Origin: a virus | Taxonomy: Duplodnaviria; Heunggongvirae; Uroviricota; Caudoviricetes | DNA: 64,000 nucleotides | Virus record (IMG/VR): IMGVR_UViG_2827179085_000005 | Coordinates: 64,001 to 128,000 of that record | Reading direction: 5' to 3' (one strand) | Made by a program: the position numbers and the translations under genes | The notes under the pieces: model-generated | Databases searched by the model: none | Told to the model about the DNA's origin: nothing | Seen by the model: the letters and a program-made list of their open reading frames with translations, nothing else | Shown: positions 43,424-52,859 of the stretch, piece after piece | Layout: the number at the start of each line of letters is the position of its first letter | Numbering within the stretch: the stretch's first letter is position 1

Positions 43424-44549
43424 ATGAATAAATTCAAATTGGCTCACGCTATCGCAAAAGTTTTGAAGGGCGACTATTCCGCACGTATGGCATACGCTTG
43501 GCAGATTATTAAGGCAGACCGCTTGCATGAAGTATCAGAACTGCTCGACGTTGAAACGCTCACGCCTAAAATGTATGTATCTGAATACCCATACGCGACA
43601 GCTAAAAAAGCTGACCAGATGCCTAAGAAAGTACGTATAAAATCAAAAACACAAAAAATCTAAGAAGGTTCAACCAATCGAAGAACCAGCGCAAAAAATC
43701 GTACATACCGCAATTCCTGAAAACCTTGCAACAGTGTTCACCGCTCAACAGTGCGCGGCAATCGATGAAATTATCACGAACTATGTATATGGCAAGATGG
43801 ACAAGAGAACAGGCAAACGTAACAATGGCGCGAATGAGCTAGAAGGGGAACACATGGACATGGCGCGTTTCCGCTATAATGACGGAATCGAAGCACTCAA
43901 AAATATCAAGGGTGCAACGTTCCCAATGTCCTACACAAACGCAAAAGGCGACGAAGTGGAGTATGATTATACGCCTTTCATGCAACTGCAAACAGCAATG
44001 GTTACTTACTTCCTACGCGACTATGTAAAAATGACTGTAAAGCGTTTCTTAGATATGGGCTTGAATTTCAAGCAATTAGAACAAGTACAAGCAATGGCAA
44101 GCATTGAAGCGAAACAAAGCTATATGATGGCTTCAAGCAATCGCGGGAATATTGTAGCGTTTGACATTGACGACATCATGGACGAATTTGTATTCGATTC
44201 TATGCGCCTAACTTTTAGCGAAACAATGTTCGATAGTGCAGATGATGCGGTTAAAGTATGTTTTATGAGACTTAAAAACGTTATGAGAGTTCAACTTCGT
44301 AAACTCCGCAATCAAACACTAGTTGTCACAGAGCAACAAATGTATGTGCAGGAGGAAGGAGTTTCACGCTCTACAGAAGAAGAAGCGTTACAAATGGCTA
44401 AGGAAATGGGAATTTTCAGTGATGCAGAAATGGAAATTATTCGCCTACGCCTTGAAGGGTTCAAAAAGGTTGAAATTGATAAGCAAGTGGGCAAACGTAC
44501 TGACCGCGATTTCAAGCGCATCGAAAAAGCATACAACGCCGCTGTATAA
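43424..44549 (+). CDS. Sigma70-family-like (SigH/ECF-like) factor with N-terminal extension, about 375 aa after two homopolymer repairs
   Basis: Region-2-like FDIDDIMDEFVFDSMRL...RLKNVMRVQLRKLR and region-4-like FSDAEMEIIRLRLEGFKKVEIDKQVG. The GTG at 43734 has no RBS; adding one A each at 43645-49 and 43653-58 fuses it to the RBS-led ORF at 43424. Confidence 0.55.
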
Positions 44550-44561
44550 GCGGATTAAATA

Positions 44562-44589
44562 GAGGAGGGCGCAAAAAGCGTCCTTCCTC
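44562..44589 (+). terminator. Hairpin after the sigma-like gene
   Basis: GAGGAGGGCGC/GCGTCCTTCCTC stem. Confidence 0.5.
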
Positions 44590-44660
44590 AGAAATAAAAA
44601 TTTCCTAGTGTGTGGTTCTCATAGACTTTTATACTAATACATATGAAGGAGGGAAAAGGC

Positions 44661-44792
44661 ATGAAACAAAAATTATTCGCATATATCGCGCAATTTTTCA
44701 AACACCAGCATACAGCACCAGAACGCCGCGAATATACGCCACAAGAACTATATGAAATGGACTTACTGGATTCAGCGGAAGGAATAGCATAG
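44661..44792 (+). CDS. Small hypothetical protein (43 aa)
   Basis: RBS GGAGGG after element copy 44610. Confidence 0.55.
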   Translation: MKQKLFAYIAQFFKHQHTAPERREYTPQELYEMDLLDSAEGIA

Positions 44793-44830
44793 GAAACGCA
44801 AAAAATAAACCATTATCGGAGGGCTAAAAC

Positions 44831-45184
44831 ATGAAAAAACTTATTACATCCATCATTATTGCAATCATCTTTTTCGTAGGGGCAGGGGTGACGAACGCGA
44901 ATGCAACCGATTTAAACACTTGTGAAATACAACTTCAAAAGCCTATTCATCATGCCGAAATTGTTATGACTACTGAAAAAGTAAAGAGCGTTTTCTATGA
45001 AAAAGGTTGGTACTACTTGGAGACATACGCTGATGACGAAGGCGGTACATGGGTTTTAGAAATTGGGAAAGAACCAAAAAGCGCGGCAAAACTAGACAAG
45101 CTGAAAAAGCAATATACAGGAAAGCTTGTAGATGTTCAATATACAGGTGATTATGAATATCTAGGATGGAACATCCACAAATGA
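44831..45184 (+). CDS. Secreted/exported hypothetical protein
   Basis: Sec-type signal peptide MKKLITSIIIAIIFFVGAGVTNANA; terminator hairpin at about 45187-45208. Confidence 0.65.
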   Translation: MKKLITSIIIAIIFFVGAGVTNANATDLNTCEIQLQKPIHHAEIVMTTEKVKSVFYEKGWYYLETYADDEGGTWVLEIGKEPKSAAKLDKLKKQYTGKLVDVQYTGDYEYLGWNIHK

Positions 45185-45317
45185 GAGAGGGGCGAAAGCC
45201 CTTCTTTTTGTTTGGCTTGAAAACGTCATGCAAAAATATTTTTATTTTGCGTGTGGTTTTTGTCTCAAACTGTACAAATACATATGAGGGACAAATCATA
45301 TAGAAAAGGTGAAAACG

Positions 45318-45557
45318 ATGGAGTTATTTTTTAGATGTTCATGCGGTAAATTCGAACAAGCAACGAACGCGAATTATGCAAGTACAGAAGACGCGAACAA
45401 GGAAGAAAATCCTTTATGTTGGGATTGTTTCGATGGGAGACAAGACGCGAAAGCATTCCATGAAAGCGGTGGAATTTTCCGCAACTTTGAAGACTGGATG
45501 GAGGACAAAGGCGCGACAATTATAGATGATAGTCATTATATCATACGCGAATATTAA
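45318..45557 (+). CDS. Hypothetical protein with CxC/CxxC
   Basis: RBS AAAGGTGA after element 45251. Confidence 0.6.
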   Translation: MELFFRCSCGKFEQATNANYASTEDANKEENPLCWDCFDGRQDAKAFHESGGIFRNFEDWMEDKGATIIDDSHYIIREY

Positions 45558-45637
45558 TTTTTTCAGTGCGTGGGATTCCGAAAAACTTTTGTACAAATAT
45601 AATCGAGAGACAATATAAACGGAAAAGGATGATAAAC

Positions 45638-45874
45638 ATGAAAACAGTTCAAACATTGGTAAACGTAAAGAAAGACACTAAGGCAGGCAATCATAGAGTT
45701 TCCATTTCACAAGGGAAAAGAGATTTTTATTACTATGCTACTGCAATTTGCAAGGTTGACGACACAAAAGGAACTTTTGTGATTGATTCAAGTTATGGCA
45801 CACAGTCCACAACTCGTGCATGTAACGCATACCGCAAACATTTTGTAGGGATTGGATACCGCGAAGCAAATTAA
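45638..45874 (+). CDS. Hypothetical protein
   Basis: RBS GGAAAAGGATGA after element 45570. Confidence 0.6.
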   Translation: MKTVQTLVNVKKDTKAGNHRVSISQGKRDFYYYATAICKVDDTKGTFVIDSSYGTQSTTRACNAYRKHFVGIGYREAN

Positions 45875-45956
45875 TTTCATATAGGCGTGTGGTTTCGCCA
45901 TGCGCCTGTACAATTATATATGAGGGACAAAAACAAACGGAAAAGGATGATTAGAC

Positions 45957-46208
45957 ATGGACAAAAAGACATTGATTGAGAAGTACAACAAAGGTGAAAT
46001 TAAGCCTATCGGGGTTACACATATCACGAACACAAGCGGTGTGGCAGTGTGTCATGTTGAACATGGTATCAATGATAAGGTTTTCGGATACATTACGATG
46101 GGCGAAACTAAACAATTCTTTTTCGTCACACTTAAATATTTGACTGAAAAAATTGTTTTCCAAGTTGGGAAAATGCGCTTTGACATAGGCGAATTTATGC
46201 GCGTTTAG
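45957..46208 (+). CDS. Hypothetical protein
   Basis: RBS after element 45887. Confidence 0.6.
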   Translation: MDKKTLIEKYNKGEIKPIGVTHITNTSGVAVCHVEHGINDKVFGYITMGETKQFFFVTLKYLTEKIVFQVGKMRFDIGEFMRV

Positions 46209-46348
46209 CTCCATAGGCGCGGTGTGAAGTGGGTGGGCGAATGCCTACCCACTTTTTAATTTCAAGCGTGAAAACATCCATCGAAATATTTTTGTTTCGG
46301 TGTGGGTTTTTGTTTTTGAATTGTACAAATAAATATGAGGTGATAATC

Positions 46349-46486
46349 ATGCGAAACTTTAAACATAAAGTTGACGTTTACTTTGACTTAGATGGAAATA
46401 TTGAAGGTCAATTCTTATATTATGGCGCAATTGGAACTATGGCGTTTTCGATGATTGTTGGAACGATTGGAGGGATTTTTTCATGA
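46349..46486 (+). CDS. Small membrane protein (45 aa)
   Basis: RBS GAGGTGA; C-terminal hydrophobic helix. Confidence 0.55.
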   Translation: MRNFKHKVDVYFDLDGNIEGQFLYYGAIGTMAFSMIVGTIGGIFS

Positions 46487-46656
46487 GCAACAAAGGGATT
46501 ACAAATGTAGGCAATGGATGGAAATGCACTTGTGGTATCCATAGAAACGCGTCAACGGAAGTTTGGCGCGATTGCGTATGTCGAATTGAACATACAAAAG
46601 AACAAGTCGAAGCGTCGAATATTCTATATTGGAGAAAGTTTTGGAATATCGTGTGA
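46483..46656 (+). CDS. Small Cys-containing protein (57 aa)
   Basis: RBS GGAGGG, ATGA overlap; its stop is the TGA of the next element's GTGTGA. Confidence 0.55.
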   Translation: MSNKGITNVGNGWKCTCGIHRNASTEVWRDCVCRIEHTKEQVEASNILYWRKFWNIV

Positions 46657-46712
46657 TTCTATAAAAGTTCTGTACAAATACATATGAGGGGAAAACGAAA
46701 GGGGAAATTAAA

Positions 46713-47092
46713 ATGGCAAAAATTTTAATCTTTGAAGGTGCAGGATGGGATGTTGCAGAACATAATGGCGTTGGGAATTGCCGAATCCGCACACGAATCA
46801 AAAATATAGATGGAGTTTCCATCTATCTGGAAATGAGCGGCACAAAGAAAAGAAATCGAAGTATTCCAAGTTCTTCGTTTTCAATGCTTACGTTAACCAT
46901 TGTCATGAAGAAGGCAAGGACAACGAAAGTGAGTTCCGCAGATTCCAATATGGAAGTTATGGCAGTTTCGAATACACGCAAGAAGCTATTTTGAAATTTG
47001 TAAACGAAAATCTTAATTGTGACTTCGAAGTCATGAAAGTTGTCAACGATGGTTCAATTCGTGTTCATAGTACAAAGGAAAATTTGTGTTAG
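46713..47092 (+). CDS. Hypothetical protein, about 126 aa after frameshift repair
   Basis: One extra A at 46848-51 joins MAKILIFEGAGW... to ...FEYTQEAILKFVNENLNCDF. Confidence 0.55.
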
Positions 47093-47145
47093 TTGTGTGA
47101 TTCGATTCAATTTTTGTACAAATAACATTGAAAGGCGGTGAAAGG

Positions 47146-47447
47146 ATGGTTGAGATTTTCGGGTTTACATAGCGACTCACATTGAGGATCACAAGGCTCT
47201 CGCAGGTGCGAACCTAGAAAGGGGAATGCGATATGTGCTAATTAACCTAGAGACGAAAGGGACAAGAACGATATTAAGGAGGGATGATATATATGATTGT
47301 CGAATAGAAATACATCACAAGACTACCAGCACAACGCGCGGTGTTGGTAGTCTCTTTTTACTAAGCACGAAAAAGGCATACAAAGAAATTTGTATATCTT
47401 TTTGGCGTTTAGTGTGGGATTTACTAACGCTTTTGTACAATACATAG
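47146..47447 (+). CDS. Possible hypothetical protein (needs a frameshift repair)
   Basis: RBS-led MVEIFGF joins ORF 47226..47447 if TTT at 47164-66 is TTTT; the ORF runs through a terminator-like hairpin (47321-53), so the 3' end is doubtful. Confidence 0.3.
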
Positions 47448-47479
47448 TGTGAGGGACACACGAAAAGGAGAAGATAAAC

Positions 47480-47836
47480 ATGCAAAAAGAATTAACATTC
47501 ACAAAACATACTCGTAAGGAAGCAGAAGCCAAAGGGCTTCCAGTATTCAATGGATGCAATCATTATGAAATTGATATGTCACATTTGAGAGGGCGTCATG
47601 AAGATGGGCATGAGGATTGGATGAATACAATTGTCGTGAAGCTTCCATTCGGAAATGCACTGACACTTTGCGTAATGCAAACAGGCGGTAATGAGGTATG
47701 TATAGATAGTGCATTCCATGGCGATAACCTCGATGAACATAGAGTATATGCAATGGGTGGCGGTCAAGAAAAAGATACAAATGTATACAACAAAAACATT
47801 TATGCGCTGATTGCAAAGGCGAAAGAAATTAAATAA
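47480..47836 (+). CDS. Hypothetical protein
   Basis: RBS AAAAGGAG after element 47414. Confidence 0.6.
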   Translation: MQKELTFTKHTRKEAEAKGLPVFNGCNHYEIDMSHLRGRHEDGHEDWMNTIVVKLPFGNALTLCVMQTGGNEVCIDSAFHGDNLDEHRVYAMGGGQEKDTNVYNKNIYALIAKAKEIK

Positions 47837-47918
47837 TAAATTTTTCGGGAGTGTGGGAAACCACACTCCTTTTGTACAACTACTATTGAGGGACAAAACA
47901 AGAAAGGGAATGGTGAAT

Positions 47919-48383
47919 ATGGGACGCGGTAATGCATGTGTTCATGGTGAATATGAGGGGCTTTACTATGTAGATTGGGACAACTTCCAATCCACATTTG
48001 AAGACGAAGAAGGGGAATATGTTGATTATGAACTTCAATACGAAGAGTGGAGAACTTCGCTAAAAACATTCGTCAGAGACTTCACACAGAAATATAAAAG
48101 CTTTTCCGAATGTGACGAATGGGTGAGCAATGGAGAAAGAGCAGTTATGGAAAGCACACTTTTCTATATTGTTGTCGAAGATAATGAATGGAGCATGGCT
48201 ATAAAACTGATTCAAAAGGAACAGGATTATTATAGCAGGGGTAACTTTAAAAATCTTCAAAAAGGTTTATATAAAAAATACCTTGAAGGCATGAAGAAAT
48301 GCCTGTTTAATCAGTTCGACGAGTTAGGAATATATGGCGGCGCATGGACAAGTGGCAGAATCCAAAAGAATCAAGCGGCATAA
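47919..48383 (+). CDS. Conserved phage hypothetical protein (MGRGN...EGLYYVD type)
   Basis: Start after element 47853; C-terminal YGGAWTSG. Confidence 0.6.
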   Translation: MGRGNACVHGEYEGLYYVDWDNFQSTFEDEEGEYVDYELQYEEWRTSLKTFVRDFTQKYKSFSECDEWVSNGERAVMESTLFYIVVEDNEWSMAIKLIQKEQDYYSRGNFKNLQKGLYKKYLEGMKKCLFNQFDELGIYGGAWTSGRIQKNQAA

Positions 48384-48467
48384 TTTTTCTTGGGGCGTGT
48401 GGAAGCACGCCCCTTTTGTACAACTATTATCGACAAACAAATTAAAACCGACAAGGGGATATGACAA

Positions 48468-48773
48468 ATGAACACAACTAAGACAAATAACGCAGGTAAA
48501 ACTTTTGAAGAGATTTTGAATGGACTTCTTGGCGACATGGAAAAGAAATTCGCAATGGCGATGGCGATAGAGCAAGCAAAAGAAAAGATGAACGAAGAAC
48601 TTCAACAAATGGGCGATATGGTCATGGGTTCTATAGAAGTGGAAGAATGCCCATGCGAACGCAATTGCGGAGCAGTCAAAGTATCGGCAGAATTTACAGC
48701 TATGACATTTACGCAAAAAGGAATTGAAGTAAAGGAAGGCAAGATTGAAAACATTCTGTCATTCAACGAATAG
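48468..48773 (+). CDS. Hypothetical coiled-coil protein
   Basis: After element 48397. Confidence 0.6.
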   Translation: MNTTKTNNAGKTFEEILNGLLGDMEKKFAMAMAIEQAKEKMNEELQQMGDMVMGSIEVEECPCERNCGAVKVSAEFTAMTFTQKGIEVKEGKIENILSFNE

Positions 48774-48782
48774 TACACAAGT

Positions 48783-48939
48783 CTAGCCAACTACGGTTGG
48801 CTAGTGAATCGAACGCATAAGTGGTTCCCTCAAACCTTTTCCTACCTTGTGCGCTCGATTCACTACACATGGCTCTGAAAATTAATGCTTGATAAGGTTG
48901 TCCCTCAAAACCTTTTCCTCCTTATTGAGCATTAATTTT
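48783..48939 (+). ncRNA. Candidate triple-hairpin small RNA with two homologous C/U-rich loops
   Basis: Hairpin with C-UACG-G loop (48783-804); two long hairpins (48802-65, 48878-939) with loops TTCCCTCAAACCTTTTCC and TTGTCCCTCAAAACCTTTTCCT; no ORF. Confidence 0.65.
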
Positions 48940-48996
48940 TGAAGCTGTGGGATTTCGCTTCATATTTGTACAACTATTATCAGGAGGGATTAACAT

Positions 48997-49566
48997 ATGA
49001 ATTATCTTAATATTCATGCAGTATCAGAAACCTACGAGCTGGTTGTTGATGCAATCGAAAGCGCGAAGATCGAAGACGCTGAACAAATTGAATGGCAAGA
49101 CGCTTATGTCATGCTTCATGATTCGATGCACGACAAAATGATTAGCGCATACCATTATGGTGAGCCAGCATACACGAAAGACTTGTTCCTGATATTCGGT
49201 GAAATGCTTTCGATAATGCACGATGGGAAGGCGCGAGAAGTCGAATACAATTCGATTATCAATTCCGTCAAAGAGCGTATTAAATTTCTTAATGGCGGCG
49301 AAATAATGGTATGGGTTAATGTTTACACAATTACACGCGAATATGGCGGTGCAGAAGAAGGCGGTTGGTATTATGATTGGAGAAAGTTATCAGACTCACA
49401 GCTTTGTAAATATGAAGATGCTGAAAATATTGAAGCATCTATGCGTGAAAAGTACGGAGAAGGCGAAGGAAACATTTCAAGCGTCCTTGGTGGTTACGAG
49501 ATTGATATATGTATCGAAGGTAGTCGCGGCGCGTCACGCTCGACATGCAGACCGCACTATGAATAA
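48997..49566 (+). CDS. Hypothetical phage protein (VNVY..TREYGGAEEGGWYY motif)
   Basis: RBS GGAGGG after element 48947. Confidence 0.6.
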   Translation: MNYLNIHAVSETYELVVDAIESAKIEDAEQIEWQDAYVMLHDSMHDKMISAYHYGEPAYTKDLFLIFGEMLSIMHDGKAREVEYNSIINSVKERIKFLNGGEIMVWVNVYTITREYGGAEEGGWYYDWRKLSDSQLCKYEDAENIEASMREKYGEGEGNISSVLGGYEIDICIEGSRGASRSTCRPHYE

Positions 49567-49635
49567 TTTTTACGATGTGTGTGATTTTGTGATAAATTTG
49601 TACAATTAATATCGACAAACAAATTTGGAGGATGA

Positions 49636-50004
49636 TTGAACATGAAACAAACAATCGTAGGGAAATTGGAAAATATCAAATCAAAAATCGATAACGAACT
49701 GATTAAGTGTGTCATTGAGGATGCACTTGAAAATAACGAAGACGCGCAATTATGGCTTGAAGATGTTCGTCAATATGGATGCCAAAGTGGTTCGGTGTCT
49801 GGTCTGATTTATCATGATGATACAAAAAAGTTTTTCAAGGAATACGCCGTTGAAATTGGCGAAGCATTCTTTGAATATAAAGAAGAGTTTGGTGGCTGTC
49901 CACCAATTAACGACAATATTAATTCGTTCGATTGGTTCGCTTGGTTCGGCTATGAGTGGGCAGTTTGCAAGGTGCTGGACAAGTTGGAAAACTACGAAGA
50001 ATAG
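49636..50004 (+). CDS. Conserved phage hypothetical protein (GCQSG.VSGLIY..DT motif)
   Basis: RBS GGAGG after element 49579. Confidence 0.65.
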   Translation: MNMKQTIVGKLENIKSKIDNELIKCVIEDALENNEDAQLWLEDVRQYGCQSGSVSGLIYHDDTKKFFKEYAVEIGEAFFEYKEEFGGCPPINDNINSFDWFAWFGYEWAVCKVLDKLENYEE

Positions 50005-50159
50005 GCATATATTTACACCAAAAGCCCATGACTATGATATAATGGTTGTGGGCTTTTGTATGAAATTAATCCATAAAATTGTTGTGAATTAATTTGATGC
50101 AAGTGTGTGAAAACATGATTGTTTTGTACAAATATAGATGATATAGATGAGGTGATAGA

Positions 50160-50381
50160 TTGGCGAAGCAAATAGATAGAGAAATTAAAATCACGATTTC
50201 TGAACGCGAAACTTATTCTTATGAAACAAAAGAAGAAGCTAGTCAACATGATATATTTATGATAGCGGCTGGATGGTTAAGAATAGATCAATACGAATAT
50301 GAAGGGACTTTTTATCAAATATTCACGAAAGGAATTGAATATGACCGCGATAAAAACAAAACCGAAAGTCGTTTCCTATAA
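50160..50381 (+). CDS. Hypothetical protein
   Basis: TTG start, RBS GAGGTGA after element 50105. Confidence 0.5.
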   Translation: MAKQIDREIKITISERETYSYETKEEASQHDIFMIAAGWLRIDQYEYEGTFYQIFTKGIEYDRDKNKTESRFL

Positions 50382-50520
50382 AGGTTTCAAAATTAAAGAG
50401 GTTGGCGATGAGTTCCATGTCTTCACGAAAGACGAATGGGCTATGCCAGCGGCGGTTCGTGTCGTCGAATGGGAAGCTGGAACCATGCAGGAAGCGAAAG
50501 ACTTTATAGACTCATATTAG
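50341..50520 (+). CDS. Small hypothetical protein
   Basis: RBS AAAGGA; MTAIKTKPKVVSYKGFKIKE... Confidence 0.5.
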   Translation: MTAIKTKPKVVSYKGFKIKEVGDEFHVFTKDEWAMPAAVRVVEWEAGTMQEAKDFIDSY

Positions 50521-50531
50521 GGAGTGAAATA

Positions 50532-50717
50532 ATGACAATCAATGAAAGAGCTATACAACACCTGAAAGAACTTGATGCTTTCAGTGTTCCAAACCCTATT
50601 GTCGCAAAGGCGTGCAAATGTCACGAACATTATGATTGTTGCGATTGTGGCGGAAATGAATGTGGATGCTCATATTGTTTTTCTTGTAACGCTTGTGAAG
50701 AATGTTTGAGTGAATAA
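50532..50717 (+). CDS. Cys-rich microprotein (61 aa)
   Basis: RBS GGGAGTG; 11 Cys near the C-terminus. Confidence 0.55.
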   Translation: MTINERAIQHLKELDAFSVPNPIVAKACKCHEHYDCCDCGGNECGCSYCFSCNACEECLSE

Positions 50718-50812
50718 AACCTTGATACAAGCGTGTGTTTTTACCTTGTATCTGTATAACTATATTGTGAATAGAAGTTTACTTTTATTGACTTGCATAA
50801 GAAGGTGATGAC

Positions 50813-50986
50813 TTGTCAAAAGAAGATGACCTGTACAAACAGGCAATGAAGCGAATTGCTGAACTTGTGGATGAAGTTTTGCAGACTTGCGATGATGTTG
50901 CAGATGAAAACCATTACGAAAGGGAATGGGTGTTGGAGCAATTTAGAAGTCAGTTCAACAAATCAAAGCGAAATCGGACTCAATAA
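50813..50986 (+). CDS. Small hypothetical protein (57 aa)
   Basis: TTG start, RBS AAGGTGA; MSKEDDLYKQAMKRIAELVDEVLQTCDDVADENHYEREWVLEQFR... Confidence 0.55.
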   Translation: MSKEDDLYKQAMKRIAELVDEVLQTCDDVADENHYEREWVLEQFRSQFNKSKRNRTQ

Positions 50987-50998
50987 AACCTTGAATTT

Positions 50999-51181
50999 AT
51001 GGAGGTAAAGTTAATGATTAAAGTAGTTTCAATAATTGAAAGTGTTATAAGTGGGTACGATGCTTATGTAGAAACAAAAGAAGGGAAACGCTATTATATT
51101 AATTGGGCAACAAAACCTACCGAAGATGAAGTAATAAGAGCATGGAAAGAAGATAAAAGATGGTTTACGCATATCAATTAA
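50999..51181 (+). CDS. Small hypothetical protein
   Basis: RBS GGAGGT lies before the internal MIKVV start. Confidence 0.5.
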   Translation: MEVKLMIKVVSIIESVISGYDAYVETKEGKRYYINWATKPTEDEVIRAWKEDKRWFTHIN

Positions 51182-51253
51182 TATTGATGAAAATCAATTA
51201 TTACGGGCTACAGAGATACAGCCCTCCTTTTAAATTGGATAGGAGAGATTAAA

Positions 51254-51451
51254 ATGAATTTATACTACGTTACCTATGAAACCTCAGACGACAGTAGCGG
51301 CTACCTACAAGAGTTTGTTGTTGCAAGTAGTGAATCAGGAGCCGAGGATGCAATTATCAATAAGTTTCGTGGAAGTGGATTGAGCAAAAACGATATAGTT
51401 GCAACATTGGTTGAGGTTGATGGATACACTATTTGTGTAATGCCTAAATAA
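51254..51451 (+). CDS. Small hypothetical protein
   Basis: RBS AGGAGAG. Confidence 0.55.
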   Translation: MNLYYVTYETSDDSSGYLQEFVVASSESGAEDAIINKFRGSGLSKNDIVATLVEVDGYTICVMPK

Positions 51452-51520
51452 AACTGGATTCAGTTGTGTGTTTTTAACTTACATCTGTACAACTATAGAT
51501 GTAAGCAATAAAACATATAA

Positions 51521-52015
51521 ATGAAAGTTGGTGCAGTAATGAAAACTAATAATGATAAAGTTATTGAAACATTTATTAACGGTATGACTGGATTTTATTC
51601 TAACAGAATAAAAATAGAAGATGCACCACATGCTACAAAATTAGTTTATAATATAGATGAAAAATATCCTTCTGGTTTTCGTGATATAGCAATCTATACA
51701 AAACATGACGGTATGGTACGGCTTACAGGACATCCACCATATCATCCAATACAACACAGATTATTGATGACGATTCGTAATGTTTCACCAGAAAAGCTTT
51801 ACCCTGATCCTGATTATCTATTAGGGTTCAGCGGTTGTTGCAAACAAACAGGGAATATATATAAATTCGAGTGTCCTAAGTGCAGATATGATTTGGAATT
51901 GGCTATAGCACATGAAAAGGGAATCACTTGGGATAAGGCTATTAATTGCAATTTGTGTGATTCGTTATTGTTTGTTGAATCAGCTTCTGATGAAATCAAT
52001 GTACATATTATCTGA
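51521..52015 (+). CDS. Hypothetical protein with C-terminal Zn ribbon
   Basis: CPKC...CNLC; after element 51466. Confidence 0.55.
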   Translation: MKVGAVMKTNNDKVIETFINGMTGFYSNRIKIEDAPHATKLVYNIDEKYPSGFRDIAIYTKHDGMVRLTGHPPYHPIQHRLLMTIRNVSPEKLYPDPDYLLGFSGCCKQTGNIYKFECPKCRYDLELAIAHEKGITWDKAINCNLCDSLLFVESASDEINVHII

Positions 52016-52066
52016 ATAAATTTTTACTCAATTGTGTGATTCACTCATACTTTTGTACAAATTAAT

Positions 52067-52717
52067 GTGAATGGACAGGTTGGAATGAAACTTACTGGTG
52101 CTGAAAGAAATGCTTTAAAGTTGGATTTTGGTTTTCCCTTGCGAGTGAAAGGCGAGAATATAGAAGTGAAAAAGTGCGAGTCTTGGACTGTGATCTATAC
52201 AGTTGAAGAAGGAAAGAAGATTGCCCAAACAATAATATCAAACAATAAAACGTACAAGGCTGGAACAAAGAGAGGTGAAGGCATAGCTTTTGAACGCCTT
52301 GACAATAAGGAAATACAAGAACAAAAGGAAGAGTTAGGTTCTATTATCAAATCGAGAATAGATGAAATAGGATCTAGTCTTAGAAAGCTTGAAAGCTCAA
52401 CGAATGTTCATAGCCCACAAATTCATGGTATAACTAGCGGCAATAAGAATTATACCATAGAAAATTTTTTAAGAGTGCTGAATGCTCTTGATTTGGAGAT
52501 TACAATTTCACAAAAACAGAAAAATAAGGAGGACATCATGAAAGTCTGGACAGTTAAATTTAAAAGCTTTAACAGGGAAGATTATTGCGAAACTGTATCG
52601 GGACGCAATGAAGAAGAAGCAAGAAAGAATGCCCTGAAAGCCGTTGTTCGCCATGATGATCGTGATAAAATTTATTGGATTAAAGAAGATATTTCTGCAA
52701 ATAAAAATTCAATCTAG
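52067..52717 (+). CDS. Protein with a central XRE-type HTH (possibly two genes)
   Basis: SLRKLESSTNVHSPQIHGITSGNKNYTIENFLRVLNALDLEITI; internal RBS GGAGG before MKVWTVKF. Confidence 0.55.
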   Translation: MNGQVGMKLTGAERNALKLDFGFPLRVKGENIEVKKCESWTVIYTVEEGKKIAQTIISNNKTYKAGTKRGEGIAFERLDNKEIQEQKEELGSIIKSRIDEIGSSLRKLESSTNVHSPQIHGITSGNKNYTIENFLRVLNALDLEITISQKQKNKEDIMKVWTVKFKSFNREDYCETVSGRNEEEARKNALKAVVRHDDRDKIYWIKEDISANKNSI

Positions 52718-52859
52718 CGTGTGACTCCATCTCACTTTTGTACAATAATTAGTGAGATGGTACTACATATAGTGACTCAAATGATAAAATATATGTTTGA
52801 GATACTATATGTAGTATACTTCGTTAAATAAAATGTGAGTTCAATTTAGAATTTAGGAA

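Noticed and set aside
43734-44549. Independent 271-aa gene starting at GTG 43734
   Set aside because: There is no RBS, and the frame is open upstream into a Lys-rich linker that joins the RBS-led 43424 ORF after two homopolymer repairs.
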